Below are positions 1-9,340 of a stretch of DNA of 57,015 nucleotides, one piece after another. This stretch comes from a virus: the IMG/VR virus record IMGVR_UViG_3300046170_000256; one strand, written 5' to 3'. A program made the translations under genes and the position numbers. Positions within the stretch are counted from its first letter, which is position 1; the number at the start of each line of letters is the position of its first letter. Below the pieces are notes generated by a model. The model made no database searches. It was not told the origin of the DNA and saw nothing but the letters and a program-made list of their open reading frames with translations.

Positions 1-310
1 TCTCGGATAAGGAGAGAGTTCTGAGCAAGCTGAGGGCGTGGACTGAATCGGCTGAGCAGGGGGATAGCAATAAGATCAGAGCGGCTGAGTTGCTCGGGAA
101 GTCAGTCGGCCTGTTCCGCGATGTAGTCGAGACCAGTGAGAGCAAGTCTAGCGACGAGCTGTTGTCGGATTTGGAAGCAATGCTGGAACAGGTTAGTGCT
201 GACCAGTCAGACGCTGAGCCTTTTTCCGACGATGCGCCCGACGATCCCAGCATCCTGCACTGACCCCCACCCCCCCCTGACGCTGACGGGTACCCGCGTT
301 CTGTATACAT
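1..310. repeat. Left copy of exact 310-bp terminal direct repeat (last 263 nt of terS plus 47 nt downstream)
   Basis: 1-310 reads identically to 56706-57015 (tctcggataaggagagag...cgcgttctgtatacat). The repeat ends on palindrome TGTATACA (302-309). Confidence 0.9.
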
Positions 311-345
311 AGTGTTTCACTCAGGAAATTACATAATTTTCAGTC

Positions 346-369
346 CTGTCACACTGTCACACTGTCACG
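346..369 (+). repeat. Three tandem 8-mers CTGTCACA-CTGTCACA-CTGTCACG
   Basis: Read directly. Lies 36 nt beyond the terminal repeat, in the 400-nt gap downstream of terS. Confidence 0.85.
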
Positions 370-550
370 CAGGGGGTTTTGCTCTGGGAAACTGTTGTTT
401 TTCGGCACCCCCCATAGTATTTTTCAAAAAAATCAGAGCTTTTTCGTAAGTCATTGATTTAGATAGTGATAATAATTACAAAAAAACTAAAAAAACCTTG
501 TAAAACTGTAGACATGTGGCTGTCAAGGGGGTAGTATCTGTACAATCCAG

Positions 551-593
551 AGGATTATTGTATCTAGGATAGTCATACCTAGAACAATCCTAG
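551..593. promoter_or_regulatory. Imperfect inverted repeat enclosing a CTAGGATAGTCAT motif (564-576)
   Basis: AGGATTATTGTATCTAGG ... CCTAGAACAATCCT. The arms are near reverse complements and the motif resembles the 46797-46897 cluster. Confidence 0.45.
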
Positions 594-637
594 TCTTTTT
601 CTTCCTGATTTTGTTTATTTAGTTTAATTCCTGTTAA

Positions 638-650
638 CTAGGACTGTCAT
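638..650 (+). promoter_or_regulatory. CTAGGACTGTCAT motif copy 16 nt upstream of the first late gene
   Basis: Exact 13-mer also present at 46812-46824. Confidence 0.5.
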
Positions 651-665
651 AGGGCAGAAATTGTT

Positions 666-2333
666 ATGAACAAGTTTATGCAAGAGGTGGTTGATTCCAG
701 ATACAGGAATCTATCCCATGATTGGTACGCTTCTGGCATGGATCAGTTCCAAGGTCCGTTCAATCTTACAAATGAGTGGGATATATCGGATAATGTAGAC
801 GTATACGGCAATCCTGCGTGGATGAACGCGGCGACGGACTATGTAAATAACATTACCGGTAAAAACTCAATAGCTCCTTGGGCAGATACCTACCAGCAAG
901 ACAGGATTGGCACACTCAACTACGTTAAAAACCCAGAGTACAATGCCTTCCTTGGTGGAAGAGGGAATTTACAGTCAAGCGTTCCCGGTTATACAGATGA
1001 CAGCATTGCTGGGTACTTCAAGGAAGCATTTTCTGATCCCGCCCAGATTAAGAATCGTAGTGATGCTATTCGTAATCTTAGAGTATGGAATGAAAACGCA
1101 GGTAATGGTGGCGTAGGGCTTAACAAAGCCACTGACCCAATGACCAAGCAATATTTTGATGAGCTAAGGTTAAACGAGCTATATGGGCTGGACGGCAGTA
1201 GGTTTAATCCGCCCCCACCGGAACCACCCCAACAGGCACCACCACAAGGAGCACCACCAGTGGCAGGATTAGACGGCAGTAACAACGCCATAAGCAAGTT
1301 CGGCACACCTCTAGGGGGTGGCCTAGACTCGAATGAGCAACTTTTTCCTAGAGATGGAAGGCTCCCCGCAGGTATGGACCAGCGATTTCTTGTTGACCCC
1401 ACAATTGATGCTTATGGCAACCCAATGGGGCCGAGAACAGGCGGGGTCCGAAGACCGCCAACCCTAATGAGACCCGGCTTTGGCGGCGGCTTTGGCGGCG
1501 GGATTGGTAACTTGTTTAATCAACTGGCATACATGCCAGAGGAAAACTTTGCTCGTTCGATGGACAGGTATCGGCGTTTTAACGACCAGTACGGAAGTTC
1601 GATGGGTCCAAGAAACCCGATGAATTCCATGAACATGTTTAATCAGTTTGGTAGGATGGACGATGCCCAGTTTGACATGGGCATGGATAGGTATCAGCAA
1701 TACCGAGATATGTTTAATCCGACAGTAAGACCAGATCCACGGCCACAAATTCCCCCGTTCAGCCCCGGATCGCCTGACGATACGGTGAGCCTTCCGCCGG
1801 GGATGAATCCAAACAAGCCACCCAGCATTCCTCGTCCGGTGCCTGACGTTTTTCCTGCGAGCTTCAATCCCGGCAGTGCGACTCTGGACGGGCAAACGGG
1901 TGCAGTCTTGTCAGATCAAATGACAACCACCACGGAATATGGTGACGTGCGAGACCAGAGCGGCAACGTCGTAAGGCCAGCAGTTCCACGGCAAAATCCT
2001 TATCAGAGTAACCCAAACCAAGCACCCCAGTACTTCGGTCAGTTTGGGCCTAACCGCAACCCATACGCTACAGGCTATGGCATGGGTTACCAGCCCTCTT
2101 ATCAGCCCCCTTATATGCCACAGCAGGGGCGGCTAAGCTATAACCAAGGCCCATCAAAAGGATCGCCGGGGCCGGGGATGTCATACATGTCCTCTCCAGC
2201 AGGTCAGGATGGGTATGGGGCGTTTGGTGGTGGCCAAGGCTATTACAGTCCATCTCGCCCTAGCGCCCCAGCGGGCGCAAGCAAGGGCGGCACTGGCGGA
2301 TCTTCGCCTAGCGGAAAAGGCGGTAGCGCCTAA
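666..2333 (+). CDS. Low-complexity P/Q/G/N/M/Y-rich protein (about 180-aa ordinary N-domain, about 370-aa prion-like tail)
   Basis: 555-aa ORF. Contains FGGGFGGG, repeated MDRY(R/Q), and [GS]Y[GS]-type tracts (GYGMGYQPSYQPPYMPQQ...GQGYYSPS). Sits between terS and terL. Confidence 0.7.
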   Translation: MNKFMQEVVDSRYRNLSHDWYASGMDQFQGPFNLTNEWDISDNVDVYGNPAWMNAATDYVNNITGKNSIAPWADTYQQDRIGTLNYVKNPEYNAFLGGRGNLQSSVPGYTDDSIAGYFKEAFSDPAQIKNRSDAIRNLRVWNENAGNGGVGLNKATDPMTKQYFDELRLNELYGLDGSRFNPPPPEPPQQAPPQGAPPVAGLDGSNNAISKFGTPLGGGLDSNEQLFPRDGRLPAGMDQRFLVDPTIDAYGNPMGPRTGGVRRPPTLMRPGFGGGFGGGIGNLFNQLAYMPEENFARSMDRYRRFNDQYGSSMGPRNPMNSMNMFNQFGRMDDAQFDMGMDRYQQYRDMFNPTVRPDPRPQIPPFSPGSPDDTVSLPPGMNPNKPPSIPRPVPDVFPASFNPGSATLDGQTGAVLSDQMTTTTEYGDVRDQSGNVVRPAVPRQNPYQSNPNQAPQYFGQFGPNRNPYATGYGMGYQPSYQPPYMPQQGRLSYNQGPSKGSPGPGMSYMSSPAGQDGYGAFGGGQGYYSPSRPSAPAGASKGGTGGSSPSGKGGSA

Positions 2334-2344
2334 CAGGACGTGAA

Positions 2345-3847
2345 ATGGAGTTAACGCCAGAAGTTGCTAAGCGACTAAAAGGCGCAAGCCCGGAAACAAA
2401 ACTTCGGGCCGCAGAGATAATCGATCAGATAGCAACAGCCAAGAGGGTCGAGTCAGCACAAGACTCCTTCATGGGCTTTGTTAACTACATGTGGCCAGCC
2501 TTTATTGAGGGGCGGCATCATAAGATTATGGCTGAAGCCTTTGAAAGAATTGCCAGAGGCGAGCTAAAGCGGTTGATCATCAACATGCCACCTCGACACA
2601 CCAAGTCTGAGTTTGCATCTTACTTGTTACCTGCATGGTTTCTTGGTCAATACCCCGGCAAGAAAATCATTCAGACGGCACACACTGCTGAGTTGTCAGT
2701 AGGGTTTGGTCGTAAGGTGAGAAACCTTGTTGACTCAGAAGATTACAAGTCGGTATTTCCAGACCTTCAGTTAAGGTCAGACTCAAAGGCGGCGGGACGC
2801 TGGAGCACCAACAAGAATGGTGAGTACTTCGCTATTGGTGTTGGCGGTGCTGTAACGGGTAAAGGTGCCGACCTATTAATTATTGATGACCCTCACTCGG
2901 AGCAAGAAGGACAGTCCGGGGATGCCGGGGTTTTTGATAGAACTTACGAGTGGTACACATCTGGTCCTCGACAGCGACTGCAACCGGGCGGCGCTATCGT
3001 AGTAGTGATGACTCGCTGGCACATGCGAGACCTAACCGGAAAGATTATTAAGTCTTCCGCTCAGCGCGCAGGTAGCGACGAGTGGGAGGTCATAGAGTTT
3101 CCAGCAATCATGCCATCGGGTAATCCCTTGTGGCCTGAGTTCTGGAGTCAATCAGAGCTAGAGGCTCTGCGTAGTGAACTACCCGCTCCCAAGTGGAGCG
3201 CACAGTATCAGCAAAACCCAACGTCCGAAGAGGGCGCGCTAATCAAACGAGAATGGTGGCGAGTGTGGGACATGGATCGTCCTCCCCCATGCGAATTTAT
3301 TATCCAATCTTGGGATACTGCGTTCTTAAAGACGCAACGCTCGGACTATTCTGCATGCACAACGTGGGGCGTGTTTTACACACCCGACGACGAAGGGGTT
3401 ACTAAACCCAACATCATCCTATTGGATGCTTATAAAGAACGTCTTGAGTTCCCAGAACTGAAGCGCAAAGCCTATGAGCTGTGGGCTGAAATGCAACCAG
3501 ACGCATTCATAGTGGAAGCTAAAGCGGCAGGGATGCCACTCATTTTTGAACTGCGGGCAATGGGTATTCCTGTTGCGGAGTACACGCCGTCCCGTGGTAA
3601 TGACAAGATAGCAAGAGTAAACGCTGTTGCTGACTTGTTTGCGTCAGGCTTTGTCTGGGCGCCACAAACTAGATTCGCGGAAGAGACCATCCAAGAGTTT
3701 GCATCGTTCCCCTCTGGAGAACATGACGACTTGGTGGATTCTTCCACGCAAGCCTTGCTGAGATTCCGTCAAGGTGGCTTTCTGTCGCTACACACAGACG
3801 AGCCAGATGAGCCGGTAGACTACACGAGGCGTGGAGATTACTACTGA
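2345..3847 (+). CDS. terL: Terminase large subunit
   Basis: 500 aa. ATPase motifs PPRHTKSE (Walker A-like) and GADLLIIDDPH (Walker B). C-terminal RNaseH-like nuclease region (SWDTA..., DDLVDS). AGGA SD 6 nt upstream. Confidence 0.85.
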   Translation: MELTPEVAKRLKGASPETKLRAAEIIDQIATAKRVESAQDSFMGFVNYMWPAFIEGRHHKIMAEAFERIARGELKRLIINMPPRHTKSEFASYLLPAWFLGQYPGKKIIQTAHTAELSVGFGRKVRNLVDSEDYKSVFPDLQLRSDSKAAGRWSTNKNGEYFAIGVGGAVTGKGADLLIIDDPHSEQEGQSGDAGVFDRTYEWYTSGPRQRLQPGGAIVVVMTRWHMRDLTGKIIKSSAQRAGSDEWEVIEFPAIMPSGNPLWPEFWSQSELEALRSELPAPKWSAQYQQNPTSEEGALIKREWWRVWDMDRPPPCEFIIQSWDTAFLKTQRSDYSACTTWGVFYTPDDEGVTKPNIILLDAYKERLEFPELKRKAYELWAEMQPDAFIVEAKAAGMPLIFELRAMGIPVAEYTPSRGNDKIARVNAVADLFASGFVWAPQTRFAEETIQEFASFPSGEHDDLVDSSTQALLRFRQGGFLSLHTDEPDEPVDYTRRGDYY

Positions 3848-4572
3848 TGGATCATAATTGGCACGATAAAGTGGCCAATATAGAGCACTGGCTGAGACCG
3901 ATCTTTAGGCGACACTCAAGCTTAGGTGGGCCTGCGTTCTTTAATCCTCAGAGTTTCCCAGCAAGCAAGGCATTGTCAGACGGATACAGCGTTATTAGGG
4001 CTGAGTTTGATCGTGCTAGAGTTAGAATGCAGGACTTTCCGCTGTTTCAAGATATTAGTCCTGAGCAAAAAAGCATTTCTAACGATGACAAGTGGAAGAT
4101 GTTTTTCCTAAAGTCGAACAATATTAGGTTTGACAGGAACTGTGAGCAGTTTCCCGAGACCATGAAGATAGTGGATAGCGACAAGAACATTGTCTCTGCC
4201 TACTTCTCAATACTAGAATCTAACAAAATGCTTACGCCGCATGAAGGCCCGTGGTCTGGAGTGCTTAGAATGCACCTTGGCGTAGACATCCCTACCGATG
4301 GTAAGGGGTGCACCCTCTCTGTGATGGGGGAAGAGTATCAGTGGCAGGATGGCGAGGTAGTTGTCTTTGATGACACCTACACCCACTTCGCAATCAACCT
4401 TACGGATCACCCGAGGGTTGTTTTGTTTATGGATTATATGAGGCCGTTGCCTTGGCCGCTCCATGCTCTTAACAAGTTTTTTATATTTATTGGCCGGTTT
4501 TTACCGTACTATAAAGTTCCGCTTGCCCGTCATAGGGAATGGGAGAAGCGGTTCTACGGGGAGGCTGGCTGA
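3847..4572 (+). CDS. Aspartyl/asparaginyl beta-hydroxylase-like 2OG-Fe(II) oxygenase
   Basis: HEGPWSGVLRMHLGVDIP...W.DGEVVVFDDTYTHFA...RVVLFMDY matches the ASPH/LpxO family core. TGATG coupling to terL. Confidence 0.7.
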   Translation: MDHNWHDKVANIEHWLRPIFRRHSSLGGPAFFNPQSFPASKALSDGYSVIRAEFDRARVRMQDFPLFQDISPEQKSISNDDKWKMFFLKSNNIRFDRNCEQFPETMKIVDSDKNIVSAYFSILESNKMLTPHEGPWSGVLRMHLGVDIPTDGKGCTLSVMGEEYQWQDGEVVVFDDTYTHFAINLTDHPRVVLFMDYMRPLPWPLHALNKFFIFIGRFLPYYKVPLARHREWEKRFYGEAG

Positions 4573-5249
4573 TGGCTTTTTTGCAAAGTAACATCCCACA
4601 CTTCAAGTGCTGGGTGAGACGCGAGTACACACACAACCACCATAAATATCATGGTGAGTTTTTGCATGCAATGGCGATTGCAGTGACGGCAATGCCAAAC
4701 AGATGCTTGAGCTTTCAGGTTATCTTTACTGGCGCTGAAACCTACGACTCTGAAGAGCCGAATGTGCACGGCGGGGCGATGTGGGCAAGAATGCCCGTTA
4801 CCGCTTTAGTGGCTGATACCCCTTTCGAGGAATGGCCTGAGCCTATGCCGGTGTATGCGGCACAGCCTTGGGACTGCTCATCAAGAGAGCACAGCGTGTA
4901 TGTGCTGGACAGGGCGACTCCTTGTCCTTGGATGGCGAAGATAGACGATCAACTCTTCCCAGCTAAGTACATGTTCACGGTAGATTACACAGACAGCGAA
5001 ATTGCGGATGACCCCGCCCAGCACAAGCAAAGTCATGTGATGGAGCTACTGGATGCTGGTCCGTGGACAGGCAACATAGTGGCGCTTCCCAACAATCGGG
5101 TAAGAGTCACGCACCCGGCTTGGTTTGAAACCGGCAGTGGGGCACCAGACTTTAGGCCATCTCAGCACATTCATTACTCTAAGTCCGACTTGGACTACAC
5201 GCTGGATGCGAATCGAGTATTCAACAACATATATGCAGGTGACGAATGA
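4572..5249 (+). CDS. Hypothetical protein
   Basis: ORF 4539-5249. Start moved to the ATG at 4572, which overlaps the upstream TGA (ATGA-type coupling). Confidence 0.6.
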   Translation: MAFLQSNIPHFKCWVRREYTHNHHKYHGEFLHAMAIAVTAMPNRCLSFQVIFTGAETYDSEEPNVHGGAMWARMPVTALVADTPFEEWPEPMPVYAAQPWDCSSREHSVYVLDRATPCPWMAKIDDQLFPAKYMFTVDYTDSEIADDPAQHKQSHVMELLDAGPWTGNIVALPNNRVRVTHPAWFETGSGAPDFRPSQHIHYSKSDLDYTLDANRVFNNIYAGDE

Positions 5250-5497
5250 ACAAAATGTCTAAGATGTACGCGAAAGGCGGCAAGCTAGCGATGGTTAAGA
5301 AGGGCGATCAAATGGTTCCCTTCTATGCGGCTGACGGTGAAGGCAAGATGAAGGCCGGCGGAATGACCCCCAAGACAAAAGGCTACTTTAAGGGCGGCAA
5401 AACCAAGGGTTATTCAAAGGGCGGCAAGACGAGCATGAAGACTCGGGGTTGTGGCGCGGCAACTAAAGGCACAATGCACTCTAAGAAGATGGGCTAA
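5246..5497 (+). CDS. Small Lys/Gly-rich basic protein
   Basis: 83 aa with KGGKTKGY-type repeats, tightly coupled between neighbours. Confidence 0.6.
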   Translation: MNKMSKMYAKGGKLAMVKKGDQMVPFYAADGEGKMKAGGMTPKTKGYFKGGKTKGYSKGGKTSMKTRGCGAATKGTMHSKKMG

Positions 5498-7936
5498 ATG
5501 GCAATTGACAAGGCGTCTATGCCGCTTGGAGGTCCGATGTCGGACCCCGAACTTGAGATTGTGATTGAAAACCCAGAGTCGGTCAGCGTTATGGACGAAG
5601 ACGGAGGGGTGACGATTGACTTTGGCTCGTCTCTGCCTGCGATGATAGCCAACCACGACTCCAATCTCGTAGATTACTTGTCTGATGCAGAGCTAGACTC
5701 TCTGTCCTCTGAGCTTGTTGGTGCTTTTGAAGCTGATCGCAACAGCCGAGCAGACTGGGAAGACTCTTACATTCGCGGGCTTGACCTGCTGGGGTTGAAG
5801 TTTGAGGATCGGTCTACCCCGTGGGAGGGGGCGTGTGGTGTTTTTCACCCTATGCTTTCCGAGGCGGTCATTCGTTTTCAAGCGCAAACCATTCAAGAGG
5901 TTTATCCTGCTAGCGGTCCTGTTAAGACCAGCATAGTAGGTAAGCTGGACGACGAAAAGAGCAAGCAGGCTCATCGTGTACAGAATTATCTGAACTACCT
6001 TATTACTCAGCGCATGACGGAGTACAGGACTGAGACGGAGAAGCTGTTATTTTCTCTGCCTATCGCTGGCTCGGCATTTCGTAAAGTGTATTACGACCCC
6101 ACAATGGGACGCCCATGCGCGATGTTCGTTCCCGCAGAAGACTTTGTTGTTAGCTACGGGGCTTCTGACCTTACCACTTGCGAGCGCGCTACCCATGTGA
6201 TGAAGCGCACAGCGAATGAGATTCGCAAATTGCAGGTTGCTGGATTTTATATCGACGTTGATCTTCCCTCGCCTACTCCCGACTTGTCAGAGATACAGGC
6301 CAAGTACAACAGACTGACGGGCGACTCAGAAAACTACGAGTACGATACTCGGCATACTCTGCTGGAGATGCAGGTAGACATTGACCTACCGGGTTTTGAG
6401 GACATGGACGGCGGCGAGCCAACAGGTATTGCCCTGCCTTACGTTGTTACGATTGACAAGTCATCTAGAACGATCCTATCAGTTCGGCGTAACTGGTATG
6501 AAGATGACCCGAACAAACTACGACGTGAACATTACGTCCACTATCAGTATCTTCCGGGCCTTGGCTTTTATGGGTTTGGATTAGTGCACATGATTGGCGG
6601 GCTTTCTAAGTCGGCCACGTCCATTCTCAGACAGCTTGTAGATGCTGGCACCTTGTCCAACTTACCCGGCGGTCTCAAGTCTCGCGGGCTGAGAATCAAG
6701 GGCGATGACACTCCGATTATGCCGGGAGAGTTTAGGGACGTTGATGTTCCAAGCGGCGCTATACGAGACAACATAACCTTCCTGCCCTACAAAGAGCCAA
6801 GCAATGTGCTGTACCAGTTGCTGGGTGATATTGTGCAGGAGGGACGACGGTTTGCTTCTGCCGCAGACGTTAAGGCGTCTGATATCAACGGAGAGGCTCC
6901 CGTAGGCACAACCCTTGCCATACTTGAGCGAGAGATGAAGGTGATGAGCGCCGTACAAAGCCGAGTTCATCACGCGGTATCCAGAGAGCTAAAGATACTG
7001 TCCGGTCTGGTTAGAGACTATGGGCCAGAGGTTTACCCATACGATCTGGATGCCGGGCCTTTGGTGGCGTCAGACTTTGATGATCGCGTAGACATCATCC
7101 CGGTTAGCGACCCCAATGCGGGCACGATGGCCCAGCGGATTATGCAGTATCAGGCGGCATTACAGCTTGCTTCTCAAGCTCCTCAGATTTACGACGTACC
7201 GTTACTGCATCGTCAGATGTTAGAGGTGCTCGGCATTCAAGACGCAGACAAGGTTGTGCCGCTTGAGGACGATATCAAGCCAACAGACCCTGTTAGTGAA
7301 AACATGAATATGATTAATGGCGAGCCTGTTAAGGCGTTCATCTATCAAGACCACGAAGCGCACATTCAAGTGCACATGTCACTGATGGAGAACCCGCAGA
7401 TAGCAAGCCTTATGGAGCAAAGCCCAACGGCAGGTGCGGCTCAGGCGGCAATGGCCGCTCACATCGCGGAGCACGTTGCTTTTGAGTATCGCGCCAAGAT
7501 AGAGAAAGAGCTTGGCGTTCAATTGCCTCCTGCGGGCGAGTCCCTGCCAGAAGACATTGAGTTACGCATTGCCAAGCTGGTTGCTCCAGCGGCGGCTCAG
7601 GTTACTGGTAAGGCGCAACAGATGGCTCAGGCTGAGCAAAATGCCGAGATGCAGGAAGACCCTGTTATTCAGATGCAACAGCGAGAGCTACAGATCAAGG
7701 AGCAGGCGGCGCAAGCCAAGGCTCAGACAGAGATGGCCAAGATACAGGCCGATCTACAAAAGGCCCAAGGAAAGGCCGCATTCGACATGGAAAAACTCCA
7801 AACGGAAGAGCGCATCGAGGCGGCGAAGCTAGCCGCTAAGATGAAGACAGCCGAGGATGGCAATCAGTCTCGCGAAGAGATTGAAGGGTTTAAGTCTGGA
7901 TTTAATCTAGTGAGAGACCTACTCGACAATGACTGA
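5498..7936 (+). CDS. Portal protein
   Basis: 812 aa, downstream of terL. Long C-terminal Q/A/K/E-rich helical segment like a P22-type portal barrel. Confidence 0.7.
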   Translation: MAIDKASMPLGGPMSDPELEIVIENPESVSVMDEDGGVTIDFGSSLPAMIANHDSNLVDYLSDAELDSLSSELVGAFEADRNSRADWEDSYIRGLDLLGLKFEDRSTPWEGACGVFHPMLSEAVIRFQAQTIQEVYPASGPVKTSIVGKLDDEKSKQAHRVQNYLNYLITQRMTEYRTETEKLLFSLPIAGSAFRKVYYDPTMGRPCAMFVPAEDFVVSYGASDLTTCERATHVMKRTANEIRKLQVAGFYIDVDLPSPTPDLSEIQAKYNRLTGDSENYEYDTRHTLLEMQVDIDLPGFEDMDGGEPTGIALPYVVTIDKSSRTILSVRRNWYEDDPNKLRREHYVHYQYLPGLGFYGFGLVHMIGGLSKSATSILRQLVDAGTLSNLPGGLKSRGLRIKGDDTPIMPGEFRDVDVPSGAIRDNITFLPYKEPSNVLYQLLGDIVQEGRRFASAADVKASDINGEAPVGTTLAILEREMKVMSAVQSRVHHAVSRELKILSGLVRDYGPEVYPYDLDAGPLVASDFDDRVDIIPVSDPNAGTMAQRIMQYQAALQLASQAPQIYDVPLLHRQMLEVLGIQDADKVVPLEDDIKPTDPVSENMNMINGEPVKAFIYQDHEAHIQVHMSLMENPQIASLMEQSPTAGAAQAAMAAHIAEHVAFEYRAKIEKELGVQLPPAGESLPEDIELRIAKLVAPAAAQVTGKAQQMAQAEQNAEMQEDPVIQMQQRELQIKEQAAQAKAQTEMAKIQADLQKAQGKAAFDMEKLQTEERIEAAKLAAKMKTAEDGNQSREEIEGFKSGFNLVRDLLDND

Positions 7937-8129
7937 ACGCGCTTCCCATAACTTGTTATCTGCACTACAAACGATGCTCCGAGACCACATGAATGAGGTA
8001 ACGGACCACATCGCTGGCGGTGGTTGCAGGGACATGAATGATTACTCTCGATGTACCGGCATCATAGAAGGCTTAGCCTATGCCGAGCGAGAGCTTCTTG
8101 ATCTAAACAAAAGGATGGATCAAGAATAG
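7929..8129 (+). CDS. Hypothetical small protein
   Basis: 66-aa ORF overlapping the portal stop by 8 nt. Confidence 0.5.
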   Translation: MTERASHNLLSALQTMLRDHMNEVTDHIAGGGCRDMNDYSRCTGIIEGLAYAERELLDLNKRMDQE

Positions 8130-8192
8130 TTTCGTTGCGTAACGCAATGCAAGGCGACTCCGAACGCCAGTTTTCGGTGCAAGGATGTGAAC

Positions 8193-8546
8193 ATGACGGA
8201 AGAGCCAGAGAAGGCCAAACAGCTTCCAGAACCCAAAGGTTATAAATTACTTATCGCTCTGCCCGCCCCCGACGAAAAAACGGAAGGCGGCATCATCAAG
8301 GCGTATGAAACACTCAAGGTGGAAGAGGTTGGTTCCATTTGCGGTTTTGTGCTCAAGGTGGGAGCAGATGCTTACAAGGACGAAAAGCGATTTCCCAATG
8401 GCCCCTATTGTCAAGAGGGTGACTGGGTATTGATGCGGTCCTATAGCGGCACTAGATTCAAGGTGCATGGTAAGGAGTTTCGACTAATCAACGATGACAG
8501 CGTAGAGGCTGTAGTTGACGACCCACGGGGGATTGAAAAAGCATGA
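8193..8546 (+). CDS. GroES/Cpn10-like co-chaperonin
   Basis: KLLIALP..EKTEGGII...GDWVLMRSYSGTRFKVHGKEFRLINDDSVEAVV follows the GroES layout. ATG 8193 has AAGGA 7 nt upstream. Confidence 0.6.
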   Translation: MTEEPEKAKQLPEPKGYKLLIALPAPDEKTEGGIIKAYETLKVEEVGSICGFVLKVGADAYKDEKRFPNGPYCQEGDWVLMRSYSGTRFKVHGKEFRLINDDSVEAVVDDPRGIEKA

Positions 8547-9340
8547 GCGAAGATCACATGGAAGCGGAACAGGAGTCCATGACAAACGAGGAGAGATTCC
8601 TTGGTGTCAGAACCCAGATCGGCACTAAGCCGAACGAGGGTAGCTCCGACCCGAATATGGACATCGAGGTTGTTGACGACAGAGAACCCGAAGACCGCAA
8701 ACCAATTGCGAAGTCAAAGGAACCTGCTGGCGACGATAACGATGACGAGCTTCAGGGCTATGGCGATAAGGTCAAGAAGCGAATTAATAAGCTCCGTTAT
8801 GACCAACATCAAGAACGGCGCTTGCGTGAAGACGCAGAGCGTTTGCGGGAAGAGGCGGTTAAAGTTGCTCAGCAGTATGCAGAGCAGAATCGCAACCTCC
8901 AACGTATCCTCCATCAAGGGGAAGGCACGTTAATCAATCAGTCAGAGCAACGGGCGACAATGGCTCTTGCTCAGGCAGAGATGGCTTACCGTCAGGCGGT
9001 TGAGGAAGGGAATACTGATAATCAGATTGCGGCTCAAAAAGCCCTCAATCATGCTCAGTATGAACTTGGCAATATTGCTCAGCGTAGCAATCAATACAAG
9101 CAACGAAAGCCGTTGCCAGATGACGCGGTCCTTGCTCAACAACAACAAGCATATAGGCAACAGCAAGAGCAGGCTCAGCAGGCTCAGCAACAAATAAGAA
9201 AGCCCAGTGAGAAAGCGATGTCTTGGGCTGATAATAACAAGTGGTTTCAGTCAGAAGACCACATGGAAATGACCGCGTATGCTTATGGCGTACACGAAAA
9301 AATGATTCGTCAGGAAGGGTTTGACCCAGGAAGGCGATGA
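8543..9340 (+). CDS. Scaffold-like coiled-coil protein (upstream frame)
   Basis: 265 aa, acidic N-terminus, Q/E/R-rich helices, sits just before the capsid genes. Ends AGG CGA TGA. Confidence 0.55.
   Translation: MSEDHMEAEQESMTNEERFLGVRTQIGTKPNEGSSDPNMDIEVVDDREPEDRKPIAKSKEPAGDDNDDELQGYGDKVKKRINKLRYDQHQERRLREDAERLREEAVKVAQQYAEQNRNLQRILHQGEGTLINQSEQRATMALAQAEMAYRQAVEEGNTDNQIAAQKALNHAQYELGNIAQRSNQYKQRKPLPDDAVLAQQQQAYRQQQEQAQQAQQQIRKPSEKAMSWADNNKWFQSEDHMEMTAYAYGVHEKMIRQEGFDPGRR

Noticed and set aside
346-369. Tandem repeats here and at 56428-56451 as a possible CRISPR or mini-array
   Set aside because: The units are 8-12 nt and directly abutting, with no spacers. This is not CRISPR architecture.
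8135-8147. 13-bp perfect palindrome TTGCGTAACGCAA between 7929-8129 and the GroES-like gene
   Set aside because: It is a single short palindrome with no second copy that I could find. It may be a minor operator, but there is too little evidence to rank it as a finding.
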